Assembly: GCA_963666565.1 (NCBI GenBank) | Contig: OY762911.1 | Span: forward strand, 3,008,001-3,072,000 | Direction: 5' to 3' | Origin: Thermoanaerobaculia bacterium | GTDB lineage: Bacteria; Acidobacteriota; Thermoanaerobaculia; Multivoradales; Multivoraceae | DNA: 64,000 nt | Shown: positions 10,125-22,100 of the stretch, one piece after another | Layout: every line of letters begins with the position of its first letter | How positions within the stretch are numbered: position 1 is the first letter of the stretch | Position numbers and translations under genes: made by a program | The notes under the pieces: generated by a model | What the model saw: only the letters and a program-made list of their open reading frames with translations | Database searches by the model: none | Told to the model about the DNA's origin: nothing

Positions 10125-11164
10125 CGCGCCCGGGGCCGCGCCGCGGGACCGCCCTGGCCGCGCTGGCCGCCCCGGCGGCGGCGGCCTGCCTGCTCTGCGC
10201 GGCGCCGCTCCGCGCCGACACCCACCTGCTGGTCGTCGCCGGGGTCGGCGGCGAGGAGGCCTACACGGGACGCTTCCACCTGTGGTCGACGCGGGTCGTC
10301 GACGCGGCGCTCGCCGCCGGGCTCAGTCCGGAGAACGTCGTGTACCTGGGCGAGCGCGAGGACCTCGATCCCGAGCGGATCGGCGCGCGTTCGACCGGCG
10401 AGAACGTGCTGGCCGAGATCGCCGCCATCGCCGAGCGGTCGACCGCGGGCGACGACGTCTGGATCGTTCTCTTCGGCCACGGCAGCGGCGCCGCGGGGCC
10501 GCCGCGGTTCAACCTGCCCGGCCGGGACCTGATCGCCGAGGAGTACGCCGCGGCGCTGGAGCAGCTTCCGGACCGGCGGATCGTGTTCGTCAACGCGAGT
10601 TCCGCGTCCGGCGGCTTCATCGCGCCCCTGTCGCAAGAGGGCCGGGTCGTCATCACGGCGACGAAGTCGGGCGGGCAGAGCAACGAGTCGCTGTTCGGCG
10701 GCTATCTGGCGGAGGCATTCGACGGCGCCGCGGGGGACGCGAACAAGGACGGCCGGACCTCGGCGCTCGAGGCGTTCGCCTTCGCCCAGCGCGAGATCGA
10801 GCGCTACTACCGGGAGACCGGCCTGTTGCGGACCGAGAACGCCCTCCTCGACGACGACGGCGACGGCTCGGGCAGCACGGAACCGGCCGGCGTGGAGGCG
10901 TCAGAGGCGGTCGACGGCCGGCTCGCGAGCCTGCTCTACCTGGGCCAGGAGGCGGCGCCTGCGGCGCTCACCGCCGAGGCGCGGGAACTGGCGGAGCGCC
11001 GCGAGGGAATCCAGCGGCGGATCGACGAACTGCGCCTGCAGCGGGAAACGCTGGACGAGGACGTCTACCTGAGCGAACTCCAGGAACTGATGATCGAACT
11101 AGCGCTCGTCGACCGCGAACTGGAAGAGGCGACCGGCGACGGCGACGGGGCGCCCGAACCATGA
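10121..11164 (+). CDS. Exported caspase/peptidase C13-like fold protein
   Basis: GTG overlaps the upstream stop. Signal peptide, WIVLFGHG, IVFVNASSASGGF, VITAT, DANKDGRTS, C-terminal coiled coil. Confidence 0.7.
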   Translation: MTRPGPRRGTALAALAAPAAAACLLCAAPLRADTHLLVVAGVGGEEAYTGRFHLWSTRVVDAALAAGLSPENVVYLGEREDLDPERIGARSTGENVLAEIAAIAERSTAGDDVWIVLFGHGSGAAGPPRFNLPGRDLIAEEYAAALEQLPDRRIVFVNASSASGGFIAPLSQEGRVVITATKSGGQSNESLFGGYLAEAFDGAAGDANKDGRTSALEAFAFAQREIERYYRETGLLRTENALLDDDGDGSGSTEPAGVEASEAVDGRLASLLYLGQEAAPAALTAEARELAERREGIQRRIDELRLQRETLDEDVYLSELQELMIELALVDRELEEATGDGDGAPEP

Positions 11165-14115
11165 TCTCGCCCGCTGGGTGCGCGGGTCTTCCGACCCGCC
11201 GCCGCCGAAGGCGGCTTGGGAAGCGCGCCGGCCGCAAGGCCGACTCGTCTCTCGTCGCCGGCCTTCAGCCGGCGGTCCGGTTCTTCGGGCTGCGCCGCTT
11301 CGCGGCTTCGCCCCTGGGCGGGTCGGAAGACCCGCGCACCCAGCGGGCGCCGGCGGCTGGAACCGCCGCGGCCGCCCTGGCGCTCGCCCTCGCCTGGCCG
11401 CTGGCCGCCCAGGAACCGGCGTCGCTGGACGACGTCGAGTCGATGCTCCGCACCGGCCGGTACGAGGACGCGATCTCCGGCCTGGAGGCTTCCGCGGGCG
11501 GCGGAGATGCGCCGGCGCCGCGCGCGCTGAAGTTGCTGGCGGAAGCCCTGACCGCCACCGGGCGCTACGAGGAGGCCGCCGCGGCGTTCGAGGGCGTCGA
11601 CGCCGCGAAGCTGGGCCTCGGCGTCCTGCGCGGCCGCGTCGCGTTGCTCGCCGGCAACCGCGAGGGCGCCCGGCGGCACTTCGAGGCGGCGCGCGCCGCC
11701 GGCGGCGGCGACGCCATCGTCGCCTCGTTCGAACTCGCGCTGCTGGCCTGGGACCGCGGCGAGATGGAACAGGCCGAGACGGGCTTCTACGCGATGATCG
11801 ACGCCTACAACCGGGGCGCGGCCGACACGGCCGAGGAGGTCCTCGCGGTCGCCCGCGCCTGCCAGTTGCTGGGGCGCGACGACCCGGAGCTGTTCAAGGA
11901 CGCGCTCCGGGCCTACGACGAGGCGGTGGCCCTCGACCCGTCGTGGCCCGCGCCCCGGATTCGCCTCGGGGAGCTGTTCCTGGAGAAGTACGACAGCTCG
12001 CAGGCCCGCGCCTCGATCGCCGACGTGCTGCGGTCGAACCCCCGCCACCCGGAGGCCCTGCTGGCGATGGCGCGGACGATGCGCTTCGACGGCGACCCGC
12101 GGGCGGGCGACACTCTGGACGCGGCCCTGGAGGTGAACCCGAACCTGATCGCGGCCCGGGTGTTCCGGGCGCGGCTCCGCCTGGCCTCGGAGCGGTTCGG
12201 GGAGGCCCGCGAAGAGGCGGAGAAGGCGATCCGGGCCGATCCCGAATCGCTCGCCGCCCGGACGGTGCTGGCCGCCGTCGAGTTCATCGAGGGCCGCGAG
12301 GAGGAGTTCGCCCGCCTGCGCGACGGCATCCTGGCGGACAACCCGCGCTACGCCGACCTGTTCAACGAACTCGCCGACGCCAGCGTCGAGAACCGGCTCT
12401 ACCCGCAGGCGCGGGACTTCGCCGCCGAGGCGGTGCGGCTCGACCCGAAGTCCTGGCGCGGCTACGGCCTGCTCGGCCTGAACCAGCTTCGCCTGGGGGA
12501 GATCGAGGCCGGGAAGGCCAACCTGGAGCGGGCCTTCGCCGGCGATCCGTACAACGTGTGGATCAAGAACACGCTGGATCTCGTCGACACCTTCGGCCAG
12601 TACCGGACGGTGCAGAGCGAGCACTTCGAGTTCCACATCCACGACAGCGAGGCCGACCTGCTGGCGCCGTACATGGTCGCGCTGGCGGAGGAGGCCTGGG
12701 CGGCGCTGGTCGAGCGCTACCGGTTCGAGCCGCCGGCGCCGGTCCGGGTGGAGGTCTACCCCTCGCACGCCGACTTCTCGGTCCGCACGGTCGGTCTCGC
12801 CGGGCTGGGCGCCCTGGGCGTCTGCTTCGGCCCGGTGCTGGCCCTCGATTCGCCGTCGGCCCGCCAGGTCGGCCACTTTAACTGGGGCTCCACGCTCTGG
12901 CACGAACTCGCCCACACCTTCACCCTGCTGACGACCGACGCGAAGATCCCGCGCTGGCTGACGGAGGGCCTGTCCGTGCTCGAGGAACGGCGCGGGCGCC
13001 CCGGCTGGGGCGACGACGTGCAGATCCCCTTCGTCACCTCGCTGCGCGACGGGGAACTGCTCGGCATCGCCGACCTGAACGACGGCTTCATGCGGCCGAA
13101 GTTCCCGAACCAGATCGCCCTGTCCTACTATCAGGCCTCGCTGATCTGCGACTGGATCGAGGAGAACTACGGCTTCGACGCGATCCTCGTCATGCTCGCC
13201 GGCTACCGGGACGGCAAGGACACGGAACAGGTGTTCCAGGAGGCGATGTCGCTGTCGCTCGAGAGCTTCGACGAGCGCTTCTTCGGCCATCTGCGGGAGC
13301 GCTTCGCCGGCGCCGTGGCGGCTCTGGGCGACGCGCCCGGGCCGGGCGGCGAACAGGCGGAGGACGAAGAGGGATCCGGCGAAGGCGGGCCGTCCCGGGG
13401 CCCGCGGCGGAACCGGTTCGCGGGCCAGGCGCCCGATCTCGCGGCGCTCGAACGGGCCGCGAAGGAGAATCCCGGCGACTTCCGCGTCCAGATGACCTAC
13501 GGCAACGCCCTCTTCTCCGAGGAGCGCTACGACGAGGCGGAAGCGCCGCTCCTGCGCGGCCGCGACCTCTTCCCCGAGTTCGTCGGCCCCGGCAACGCCT
13601 ACGCGCTGCTGGCCGCCATCTACCGGGAGCAGGAACGCGACCAAGAGGCGATGGACGTGCTGGAGGCGCTGATCCGGCACAACGAGACGGCCTGGGACGA
13701 GCACCTGGCGCTGGCCGACCTCCTGGCCGACGCCGGCCGGAGCGAGGAGGAAGCCGGCATCCTGGAGCGGACCCTCTACATCTCGCCCTTCGACGCGGAC
13801 GTGCATCGCCGTCTCGCGGAACTGGCCTCCGCGGACGGCCGGTTCGAGGCCGCCGTGCGCGAGCGCGCCGCCCTGGTCGCGCTCGACCCGCCCGACCGCG
13901 CCGGCGCCCTGTACGAACTGGCGCTGGCCCAACGGAACGCGGGCCGGCCGGAGCAGGCCCGCCGCAGCGTGCTGCGGTCCCTCGAGGTGGCGCCGGGGTA
14001 CGATCCGGCGCAGGCGCTGCTGCTCGACCTGGTCGGGAAGGCCCCGGCCGGGAACGGACGGCAGTCGGAGACGGGCGAGGCGCCCGGGCTGTTGGAAGGA
14101 GCGGAAGGGCCGTGA
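11161..14115 (+). CDS. TPR-repeat protein with peptidase MA (gluzincin-like) domain
   Basis: ATGA overlap with the upstream stop. Many TPR-like repeats. WHELAH...PRWLTEG gives HExxH plus a downstream Glu. Confidence 0.85.
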   Translation: MISPAGCAGLPTRRRRRRLGKRAGRKADSSLVAGLQPAVRFFGLRRFAASPLGGSEDPRTQRAPAAGTAAAALALALAWPLAAQEPASLDDVESMLRTGRYEDAISGLEASAGGGDAPAPRALKLLAEALTATGRYEEAAAAFEGVDAAKLGLGVLRGRVALLAGNREGARRHFEAARAAGGGDAIVASFELALLAWDRGEMEQAETGFYAMIDAYNRGAADTAEEVLAVARACQLLGRDDPELFKDALRAYDEAVALDPSWPAPRIRLGELFLEKYDSSQARASIADVLRSNPRHPEALLAMARTMRFDGDPRAGDTLDAALEVNPNLIAARVFRARLRLASERFGEAREEAEKAIRADPESLAARTVLAAVEFIEGREEEFARLRDGILADNPRYADLFNELADASVENRLYPQARDFAAEAVRLDPKSWRGYGLLGLNQLRLGEIEAGKANLERAFAGDPYNVWIKNTLDLVDTFGQYRTVQSEHFEFHIHDSEADLLAPYMVALAEEAWAALVERYRFEPPAPVRVEVYPSHADFSVRTVGLAGLGALGVCFGPVLALDSPSARQVGHFNWGSTLWHELAHTFTLLTTDAKIPRWLTEGLSVLEERRGRPGWGDDVQIPFVTSLRDGELLGIADLNDGFMRPKFPNQIALSYYQASLICDWIEENYGFDAILVMLAGYRDGKDTEQVFQEAMSLSLESFDERFFGHLRERFAGAVAALGDAPGPGGEQAEDEEGSGEGGPSRGPRRNRFAGQAPDLAALERAAKENPGDFRVQMTYGNALFSEERYDEAEAPLLRGRDLFPEFVGPGNAYALLAAIYREQERDQEAMDVLEALIRHNETAWDEHLALADLLADAGRSEEEAGILERTLYISPFDADVHRRLAELASADGRFEAAVRERAALVALDPPDRAGALYELALAQRNAGRPEQARRSVLRSLEVAPGYDPAQALLLDLVGKAPAGNGRQSETGEAPGLLEGAEGP
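11168..11349. repeat. REP-like family 1, inverted pair with perfect 33-bp arms inside the TPR-peptidase gene
   Basis: 11168-11200 is the exact reverse complement of 11317-11349. Confidence 0.9.
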
Positions 14116-14930
14116 AGCAAGCGCGCAGCAGACGCCGGACGTTCGCCGCCGTCGGGGGCCTCCTCGCGCTCGCCCTGCTGGCGGGCGTCCTGTCCGCGCG
14201 CGACGAGACCTGGCGCCGCGCCGCTCCCGAGGTGGAGACGCAGTCGTTCCCCTACTCGGGCGGCTTCACCTTCGCGCGGATCCGGTTCGAGCCGACGATC
14301 TGGGGCGGCGGCCCGTTCATGTGGGGCCTCGACCTGAAGTGGAACCACGACTATCCCTTCGCCGAGGAGAACTTCACGCGCATCGTCCAGGAAATCACCG
14401 ACATCGAGGTGCGGACGGACGGCGGCAACGTCCTCGAACTCACCGACCCGCGGCTGTTCGAGCATCCCTGGGCCTATCTCTGCGAGCCGGGCTTCTGGAA
14501 CCCCACGGAAGAGGAGCTGGAAAACCTCCGTTCCTACCTGTTCAAGGGCGGTTTCCTGGTGATCGACGACTTCTTCGACGTGCGCGGCTATCCCGTCCAG
14601 TGGGAGAACTTCGAGCGCCAGATGGCGCGGCTCCTGCCCGGCTACGAACTGGTCCCGCTCACCGCCGATCACCCGGTCTTCCGGGCCTTCTTCGTCCTCG
14701 AGGACATCGACTTCGACATCGAGGATCCCCGCTTCTATCCCATCCGGGGGAAGATCTACGGCGTGTTCGAGGACAACGATCCGAGCAGGCGGCTGATGGC
14801 CGTCGCCAACTACAACATGGACATCGGCGACTTCTGGGAGTGGTCGGAGACCACCTTCTACCCGGTCGACGTGACCCAGAAGGGCTTCAAGCTCGGGGTC
14901 AACTACCTGATCTACGGAATGACCCACTGA
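14112..14930 (+). CDS. DUF4159 domain protein (copy 2)
   Basis: FTFARIRF, WNHDYPFAE, YLFKGGFLVIDDF, DHPVF, MDIGDFWEW, GVNYLIYGMTH. Clear paralogue of 6876-7763. Confidence 0.85.
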   Translation: MKQARSRRRTFAAVGGLLALALLAGVLSARDETWRRAAPEVETQSFPYSGGFTFARIRFEPTIWGGGPFMWGLDLKWNHDYPFAEENFTRIVQEITDIEVRTDGGNVLELTDPRLFEHPWAYLCEPGFWNPTEEELENLRSYLFKGGFLVIDDFFDVRGYPVQWENFERQMARLLPGYELVPLTADHPVFRAFFVLEDIDFDIEDPRFYPIRGKIYGVFEDNDPSRRLMAVANYNMDIGDFWEWSETTFYPVDVTQKGFKLGVNYLIYGMTH

Positions 14931-14982
14931 GCCGCCCGCCCGAACCGCCCCGAACCGGCGCGGGCCGCCGCCTCCCCCAACG

Positions 14983-16061
<1,079 letters not shown>

Positions 16062-16065
<4 letters not shown>

Positions 16066-16955
16066 GCTACGGCCGGTTCGTCGACACCCGGACCCTCTCG
16101 CGCATCGGCAGTCTCGACCTGCTGGCGAAGACGGTGGTCGAGGGCTTCGTCAGCGGCCTCCACCGGTCGCCGTTCCTCGGCCGGTCGATGGACTTCGCCG
16201 AGTACCGCGCCTACCAGCCGGGCGACGACATCCGGCGCGTCGACTGGAAGCTCTTCTGCCGCACGGACCGCTTCTTCGTCAAGGAGTTCGAGGCCGACAC
16301 GAACACCAACCTGACGCTCGCGCTGGACGTCTCGCGCTCGATGGACTTCGGCACCGGCGCCCTGACCAAGCTCGACTACGGGCGCTACCTGGCCGCCTGC
16401 CTGGGCTACTTCGCGTCCAAGCAGAAGGACCGAATCGGCCTCGTCACCTTCGACAACGCGATCGTCGACTTCGTGCCGCCGGCCGCCAAGCACCTTCAGG
16501 TGGTGCTGCACACGATCGACCGCATCGAGCCCGGCGGCGGCGGCAGCCTGCGCGAGCCGCTGCTGGAGGTCGTCGACTCGGTGCGCCGGCGCAGCATGGT
16601 CGTCCTGATCTCGGACTTCTACGAGGAACCCGAGACGGTCATCCGGACCGCGGCCGGATTCCGGCACAAGGGCAACGACGTCATCCTGTTCCACCTGCTG
16701 GACCCGGCGGAACTCCGCTTCGAGTTCGACGGCGAACTCGACCTGCGGGACCTGGAGACGGGGGCCCGCGAGGCAGTCATGCCGGACGTGCTGCGCGACC
16801 AGTACCTCGAGCTGATCCGGGAGCACACCCGGACGCTGGATCGCTCGCTGGTCGAGGCGGGAATCGACTACACCCTGGTCGACATCTCGCAGCCCCTGGA
16901 CGCGGCGCTCTACAGCTACCTGTCCGCCCGGCTGTACGCGATGAAGGCGAGATAG
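16062..16955 (+). CDS. DUF58 domain (vWA-like) protein
   Basis: GLHRSPFLGRSMDFAEYRAYQPGDDIRRVDWK, LDVSRSM, LISDF. GTGA overlap with the moxR stop. Confidence 0.92.
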
Positions 16956-16961
16956 GACGCC

Positions 16962-19145
16962 GTGGGTCTGCTGGCGCCGCTGTTTCTGCTCGGCCTGGCC
17001 GCGGTCGCGGTGCCGGTGCTCATCCACCTGCGGCTGCGCCACCGCAGCCGGGTCGTCCGGTTCCCTTCCCTGATGTTCATCTCGAAGGCGCCCTACCGTT
17101 CGATGCGCCGGCGCCGGCTCCGGGACGTTCTGTTGCTGCTGCTGCGCTGCCTGGCGGTGGCGCTGCTCGCGCTGGCGTTCGCCCGGCCGCTGTGGCAGGG
17201 GGACGGCGCCGCCGGCGCCGCGTCCTCGGAGCGGCTGGTCGTCGTTCTCCTCGACAACTCGTTCAGCATGGGCTTCGGCGATCGCTGGCAGCGGGCCGCG
17301 GCGGCGGCCGAGTCGGCCTTCGGCGGCCTCGAGGCCGACCAGCGCGGCGCCCTGATCGTTTACTCGGACGAGGCGCACCTGCTGAGCGCGCCGACCGCGG
17401 ACGGCGCGCTGCTGGCGTCCACGGTTCGGGACGTGGAGGTTTCGCCCCGGTCGACGTCGCTGCTGCCGGCGATCCAGGTGGCGCGGGGAACGCTGGCGGA
17501 CGCCGGCGACCTCGGCCGGCGCGAACTCGTCGTCGTCAGCGACTTCCAGCGCTCCTCCTGGACGCCGGAGAACGTCGCCGCACTGCCGGCCGGCGTCGAA
17601 CTGCGGCTGGTCGACGTCGCCGCGGAGGAGAGCGAGGTGGGCAACGCCGCCGTCACCGACATCGCCTTCGACCACTCCCGCGTGTCCGACGGTTCCGGCG
17701 GCGGCGAACGGGAACAGGTCGGGATCGCGGCGCGCGTCAGCTACCAGGTCGTCGAGGGACCGGCGGCGGCAGCGGCGGGCCGGTCCCTGCGGGCGGAAGT
17801 CGACCTGCTGCTCGACCGCGAAGTGGTCCAGACCAGGGCGGTCGAACTCGACGCCGACTCGTCGACGACGGTGAACTTCGCTCCCGAGGTGCTCGAACGC
17901 GAGCGCACGACCCGCGGCACGGTGCGCCTGCGGGACGATTCGCTCGCCGTGGACAACGAGTTCCACTTCGTCCTGTCGCCGGCGCACGAGGTGGGGGTGC
18001 TGGTGATCGAACCGGACGGCGACCGCGTCCGGGGCCGCTACCTGGAGGAGGCCCTGGCGCTCGGCCGCCGGCCGTTCTTCCGCGTGAGCCGCGTCCGGGC
18101 GTCCGGCTTCCAGCGATCGATGCTGGACGGCAAGTCGGTCGTCGTCGTGAACGACGCGGCCCAGCATCTCCCGAGCGCGGCGGCCGACGCCGTCGCCGGC
18201 TTCGTGCGCGACGGCGGCGGCCTGCTGCTCTCGGTCGAACGCGGCCTGACCTCGACCGCCGGGCTGCTCAGGGAACTCGGCGTCGCCAGCGAGCGGCAGG
18301 TGGACCGGTTGTCGGGCGGCGCCGGTTCGCTGGCGTGGTTCGACACCGGCCATCCGGTCTTCGACGTCTTCGCGGCGGCCAGGAGCGGGGACTTCTCGTC
18401 CGCCTCGTTCTTCCGCTACCACCGTCTCGCGCCGCCGGAGGGCGCCGCGGCGATCGCGCGCTTCGACGACGGCGCTCCGGCGCTGCTCGACCTGACGCCA
18501 GCCTCGGCGGAGGACGGCGAAGCGGCCGGCGCCGCTTCCGGCCGGGTCCTCGTTATGCCGACCTCCTTCGACACCTTCTGGAACACGCTGCCGCTCCAGG
18601 CGGTGTTCCTGCCCTTCGTCCACCGTTCGGTGGAGTACCTGGCCGGCTACTCGCTGCCTCGCTCGTGGTACCGGGTCGGCGAGGTGGCGCAGGTCGAGTT
18701 GCCGGGCGGCCGGGCGGGAGGGGAGGGGAACGACTACCTCACGGTCGCCCCGTCGGGCCGGGAGAGCCGCATCGACGCCGCGCCCGGCGGTCTGCTGCTC
18801 GACGTGGACGAACCGGGCTTCTACGACTTCCGCGAGGTCCGCGCCGACGTCGCCGCCGAACCGCTGACGCTTGCCGCGAACGTGCCGGTGCCCGAATCCG
18901 ACCTGAACAGGCTCGACCTGGACGAACTCGGGTCCCGCATCCGACCCCGGCCGGAGGAGGCCGGCGCGGCCGCGGAGGCCGCGGCGCGGACCCCGGAGGA
19001 GAAGGAGCGCAGCCAGCGGTTGTGGTGGTTCCTGATCGCTGCCGCGGCGCTGATCCTCGCCGCCGAGACCCTCTTCGGCAACCGGCGCCGCGCCGCCGCG
19101 GCGCCGGTCGTGACAGCATGGAACCCCACCGGCGAGCAGAGCTGA
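16962..19145 (+). CDS. BatA N-terminal domain plus vWA domain membrane protein
   Basis: LLGLAAVAVPVLIHL...FPSLMF...LLLLLRCLAVALLALAFARP (BatA), DNSFSM MIDAS, VSDFQ, ESDL, C-terminal LWW TM segment. Confidence 0.88.
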   Translation: MGLLAPLFLLGLAAVAVPVLIHLRLRHRSRVVRFPSLMFISKAPYRSMRRRRLRDVLLLLLRCLAVALLALAFARPLWQGDGAAGAASSERLVVVLLDNSFSMGFGDRWQRAAAAAESAFGGLEADQRGALIVYSDEAHLLSAPTADGALLASTVRDVEVSPRSTSLLPAIQVARGTLADAGDLGRRELVVVSDFQRSSWTPENVAALPAGVELRLVDVAAEESEVGNAAVTDIAFDHSRVSDGSGGGEREQVGIAARVSYQVVEGPAAAAAGRSLRAEVDLLLDREVVQTRAVELDADSSTTVNFAPEVLERERTTRGTVRLRDDSLAVDNEFHFVLSPAHEVGVLVIEPDGDRVRGRYLEEALALGRRPFFRVSRVRASGFQRSMLDGKSVVVVNDAAQHLPSAAADAVAGFVRDGGGLLLSVERGLTSTAGLLRELGVASERQVDRLSGGAGSLAWFDTGHPVFDVFAAARSGDFSSASFFRYHRLAPPEGAAAIARFDDGAPALLDLTPASAEDGEAAGAASGRVLVMPTSFDTFWNTLPLQAVFLPFVHRSVEYLAGYSLPRSWYRVGEVAQVELPGGRAGGEGNDYLTVAPSGRESRIDAAPGGLLLDVDEPGFYDFREVRADVAAEPLTLAANVPVPESDLNRLDLDELGSRIRPRPEEAGAAAEAAARTPEEKERSQRLWWFLIAAAALILAAETLFGNRRRAAAAPVVTAWNPTGEQS

Positions 19146-19159
19146 ACTGAGGAGACCCG

Positions 19160-22100
19160 ATGGCTTCCGGTTTCGACCCCATCTACGACCCGACCTACGG
19201 CGAACTGATGAGCGTGATCCGTCGCGTTCGCGCGCGGTGGCGCATGAAGGTGGCGCTCCGCGGTCTGGCGATGCTGATGGTCACCGGATTCGCGGCCTTC
19301 GCGATCTCGGTCTGGGGCATGGACTACTTCCTCTACGGCGAGCGGGCGGTCGAGATCTTCCGCTGGCTCGCCTACCTGACCCTGATTGCCCTCGCGGTCC
19401 GGCTGCTCGTGGTTCCCCTCGCTCAGCGGGTGTCCAGGCGCCAGGTGGCGCTCTACGTCGAGGAGCACGAACCGACGCTGAAGGCGTCCGTGTTGAGCGC
19501 GGTGGAACTGGGGCCGGTGCAGCAGGGCTCGCTCGGCGATCCCGAGCGCGTATCGCCGGAACTCCAGCGGCGGGTGCTGGAAGACGCGATCGAGCGCTGC
19601 CAGCGGAGCGGCTTCGCGAAGCGCATCGAGCGCGGCGCGCTGCGGCGCTTCTCGGCCGCCCTGGCCGGGGCGGCGGGCGCCGGCATGGTCGCCGTGCTGC
19701 TCAGCCCGGCCTTCCTCCAGCACGGGGCGATGCTGCTGTTCGCGCCCTGGCGCGCGGCGGCGGTCGACAACCCGTACCGCCTGGTCGTGGCGCCGGGCAA
19801 CGTGACGGTGGCCCGCGGCTCGGATCAGTTGATCGGCGCCGCCGTGCTGGGTTTCGACCCGGACCGCGTCGAGCTCGGCCTGCGGCCCCTGGACGCCGCC
19901 GGCGACCCGGACGGCGAGTGGCAGCAGTGGCCGATGAACCGGATCGGCGACGGGTTCGAAGCGGACGAGGCGCCGATGGTCGGCGACGCGGCCGCCACCC
20001 ACGACTTCATCGCGCTCAACGTGCGCGCCGACACGGACTACTACGTCGACGCGGCCGGCGTGCGCTCGCCGATCTACCGCATCCGGGTCAAGGACCTGCC
20101 CTACGTCGACCGGATCGACCTCCTGTACCGCTTTCCCGGCTACAGCGGCCTGTCGGACCGGGCGGTCGAGGACGGCGGCGACATCGCCGTTCTCCGGGGC
20201 ACGGAAGTCGAGTTCAGCATCCTGCCGATCTTCGAGGTCGAGGCGGGCCGTCTGCTCGTCGAGGGCGACGAACCGCGGGACCTGAAGCTCGAAGGCGACC
20301 GCCTGACCGCGGCCTACACGGTGGACCGCGGCACGTACTACCGGATCGAGTTGAGGGACGACGAGGGCAGGTGGCACCGCGCCTCCGCCGAGTACATGGT
20401 CACCGCGCTCGACGATCAGCCGGCGATCGTCCGGTTCACCGCTCCCGGGCGGGACGTCAAGGTGACGATGATCGACGAGGTGTTCGCCCAGGTCGAGGCC
20501 GAGGACGACTACGGCGTCAGCCGCCTGAACATCCGCTACGCGATCAATGGCGGCGACGAGACGGAGATCGGCCTGCTCGACAGCGCGTCCTCGATGAAGA
20601 AGGTGAGCGCGGGGCACACGCTCTTCCTGGAGGAGATGGATCTCCAGGTCGGCGACTCCATCTCCTACTACGCCGAGGCCTGGGATCGCGGCCGGGCGCA
20701 GCCCACGATCAGCGACATCTACTTCCTCGAGATCCGCCCCTTCGACCGGAACTACCGCCAGGCCGAGCAGGGAGGCGGAGGCGGCATGGGCGGCGCCGGC
20801 GGCCTGGACCAGACGCTCTCCGTTCAGCAGAAGATGATCATCTCGGCCACCTTCCGCCTGATCCGCGACGAGGACGAGTACACGGCGAGGGAACTGGCCG
20901 AGAACCTGAAGACGGTCTCCCTGATGCAGGGAAGGCTGCGGGAACAGGTCGGATCGCTGGTGACCCGGATGGGCAACCGCGGCCAGCAACTGCTCGAAGA
21001 CGGCGACTTCGCCAGGATCGTCGAACTCCTCCAGCAGGCCGGCGTCGAGATGGCCGCGGCGGAGAAGGCACTCGAGGCGGAGCGTCCCGAGGAGGCCTTG
21101 ACCGAGGAGAAGAAGGCCCTGGCCTCGCTGCAGCGCGCGGAGTCCGTGTTCCGCGAGGTGCGCGTCTCGTTCGAGCAGGGCGGCGGCGGTGGCGGCGGCA
21201 ACCAGCAATTGTCGGAGGACCTCGCCGACCTGTTCGAGCTGGAACTCGACAAGCTGCGCAACCAGTACGAGACCGTCCAGCGCGGCGCCGCCGAGCAGGC
21301 GCAGGCGGAAGTCGACGAGCTGATGCAGAAGCTGCGCGAGCTGGCGCGCCGCCAGCAGCGCGAGAACGAGCGCCAGAACCGGCTGCGCAGCCGCTCTCAG
21401 CAGGGCGGTGGCGGCGGCGGCCGGCAGCAGGACCTGATCGAGGAGACGGAGGAACTCGCCCGGCGCCTGGAGCGGCTGGCGCGCGAGCAGCAGCGCCCGG
21501 AACTGCGGGAGACGACGCAGGCGCTGCGGCAGGCCGCCGAGCAGATGAGGCGTTCCCAGGCCGGTTCGTCCCGGTCGCAGTCGAACGCCGGGACGGACGG
21601 CATCGCGGCGCTCGACAAGCTGCGCGAGGCGCGGCGGTTGCTGGACCGCAACCAGCGCCAGCAACTCGGCCGGGACATGGAGGAACTGCAGCAGCGGGCC
21701 GATCGCGTGTCGCAGATGCAGAGCCGGATCGAGGAGCAGGTCGGCGAACTGGCGGGCCGGGAAGGCGAGGACGGCCAGCGGCGCAGCGGCCTCTCGGCGC
21801 GCGAGCGCTCGGACCTGATCGAACGGATCATGGAGCGGAAGGACAGCCTCACCGACGAGGTCGCGGGGCTGGAGGCGCAGCTCAACCGGATGAGCCAGGG
21901 CGCCCGCAACGACCAGCCGGAAACGGCGCGGAAGCTGCGCGAGTCGGCGACGATCATCCGCGACGAGCAGTTGAAGGAGAAGATCCGCTACTCGAAGGGC
22001 GTGCTGGCGGGCCGGGACGCCGAGTTCGCGCGGCTGTTCGAGAACCAGATCCGGCAGGACATCGACGAGGTGACGGAGCGGATCGCCGAGGCGCGGGAGA

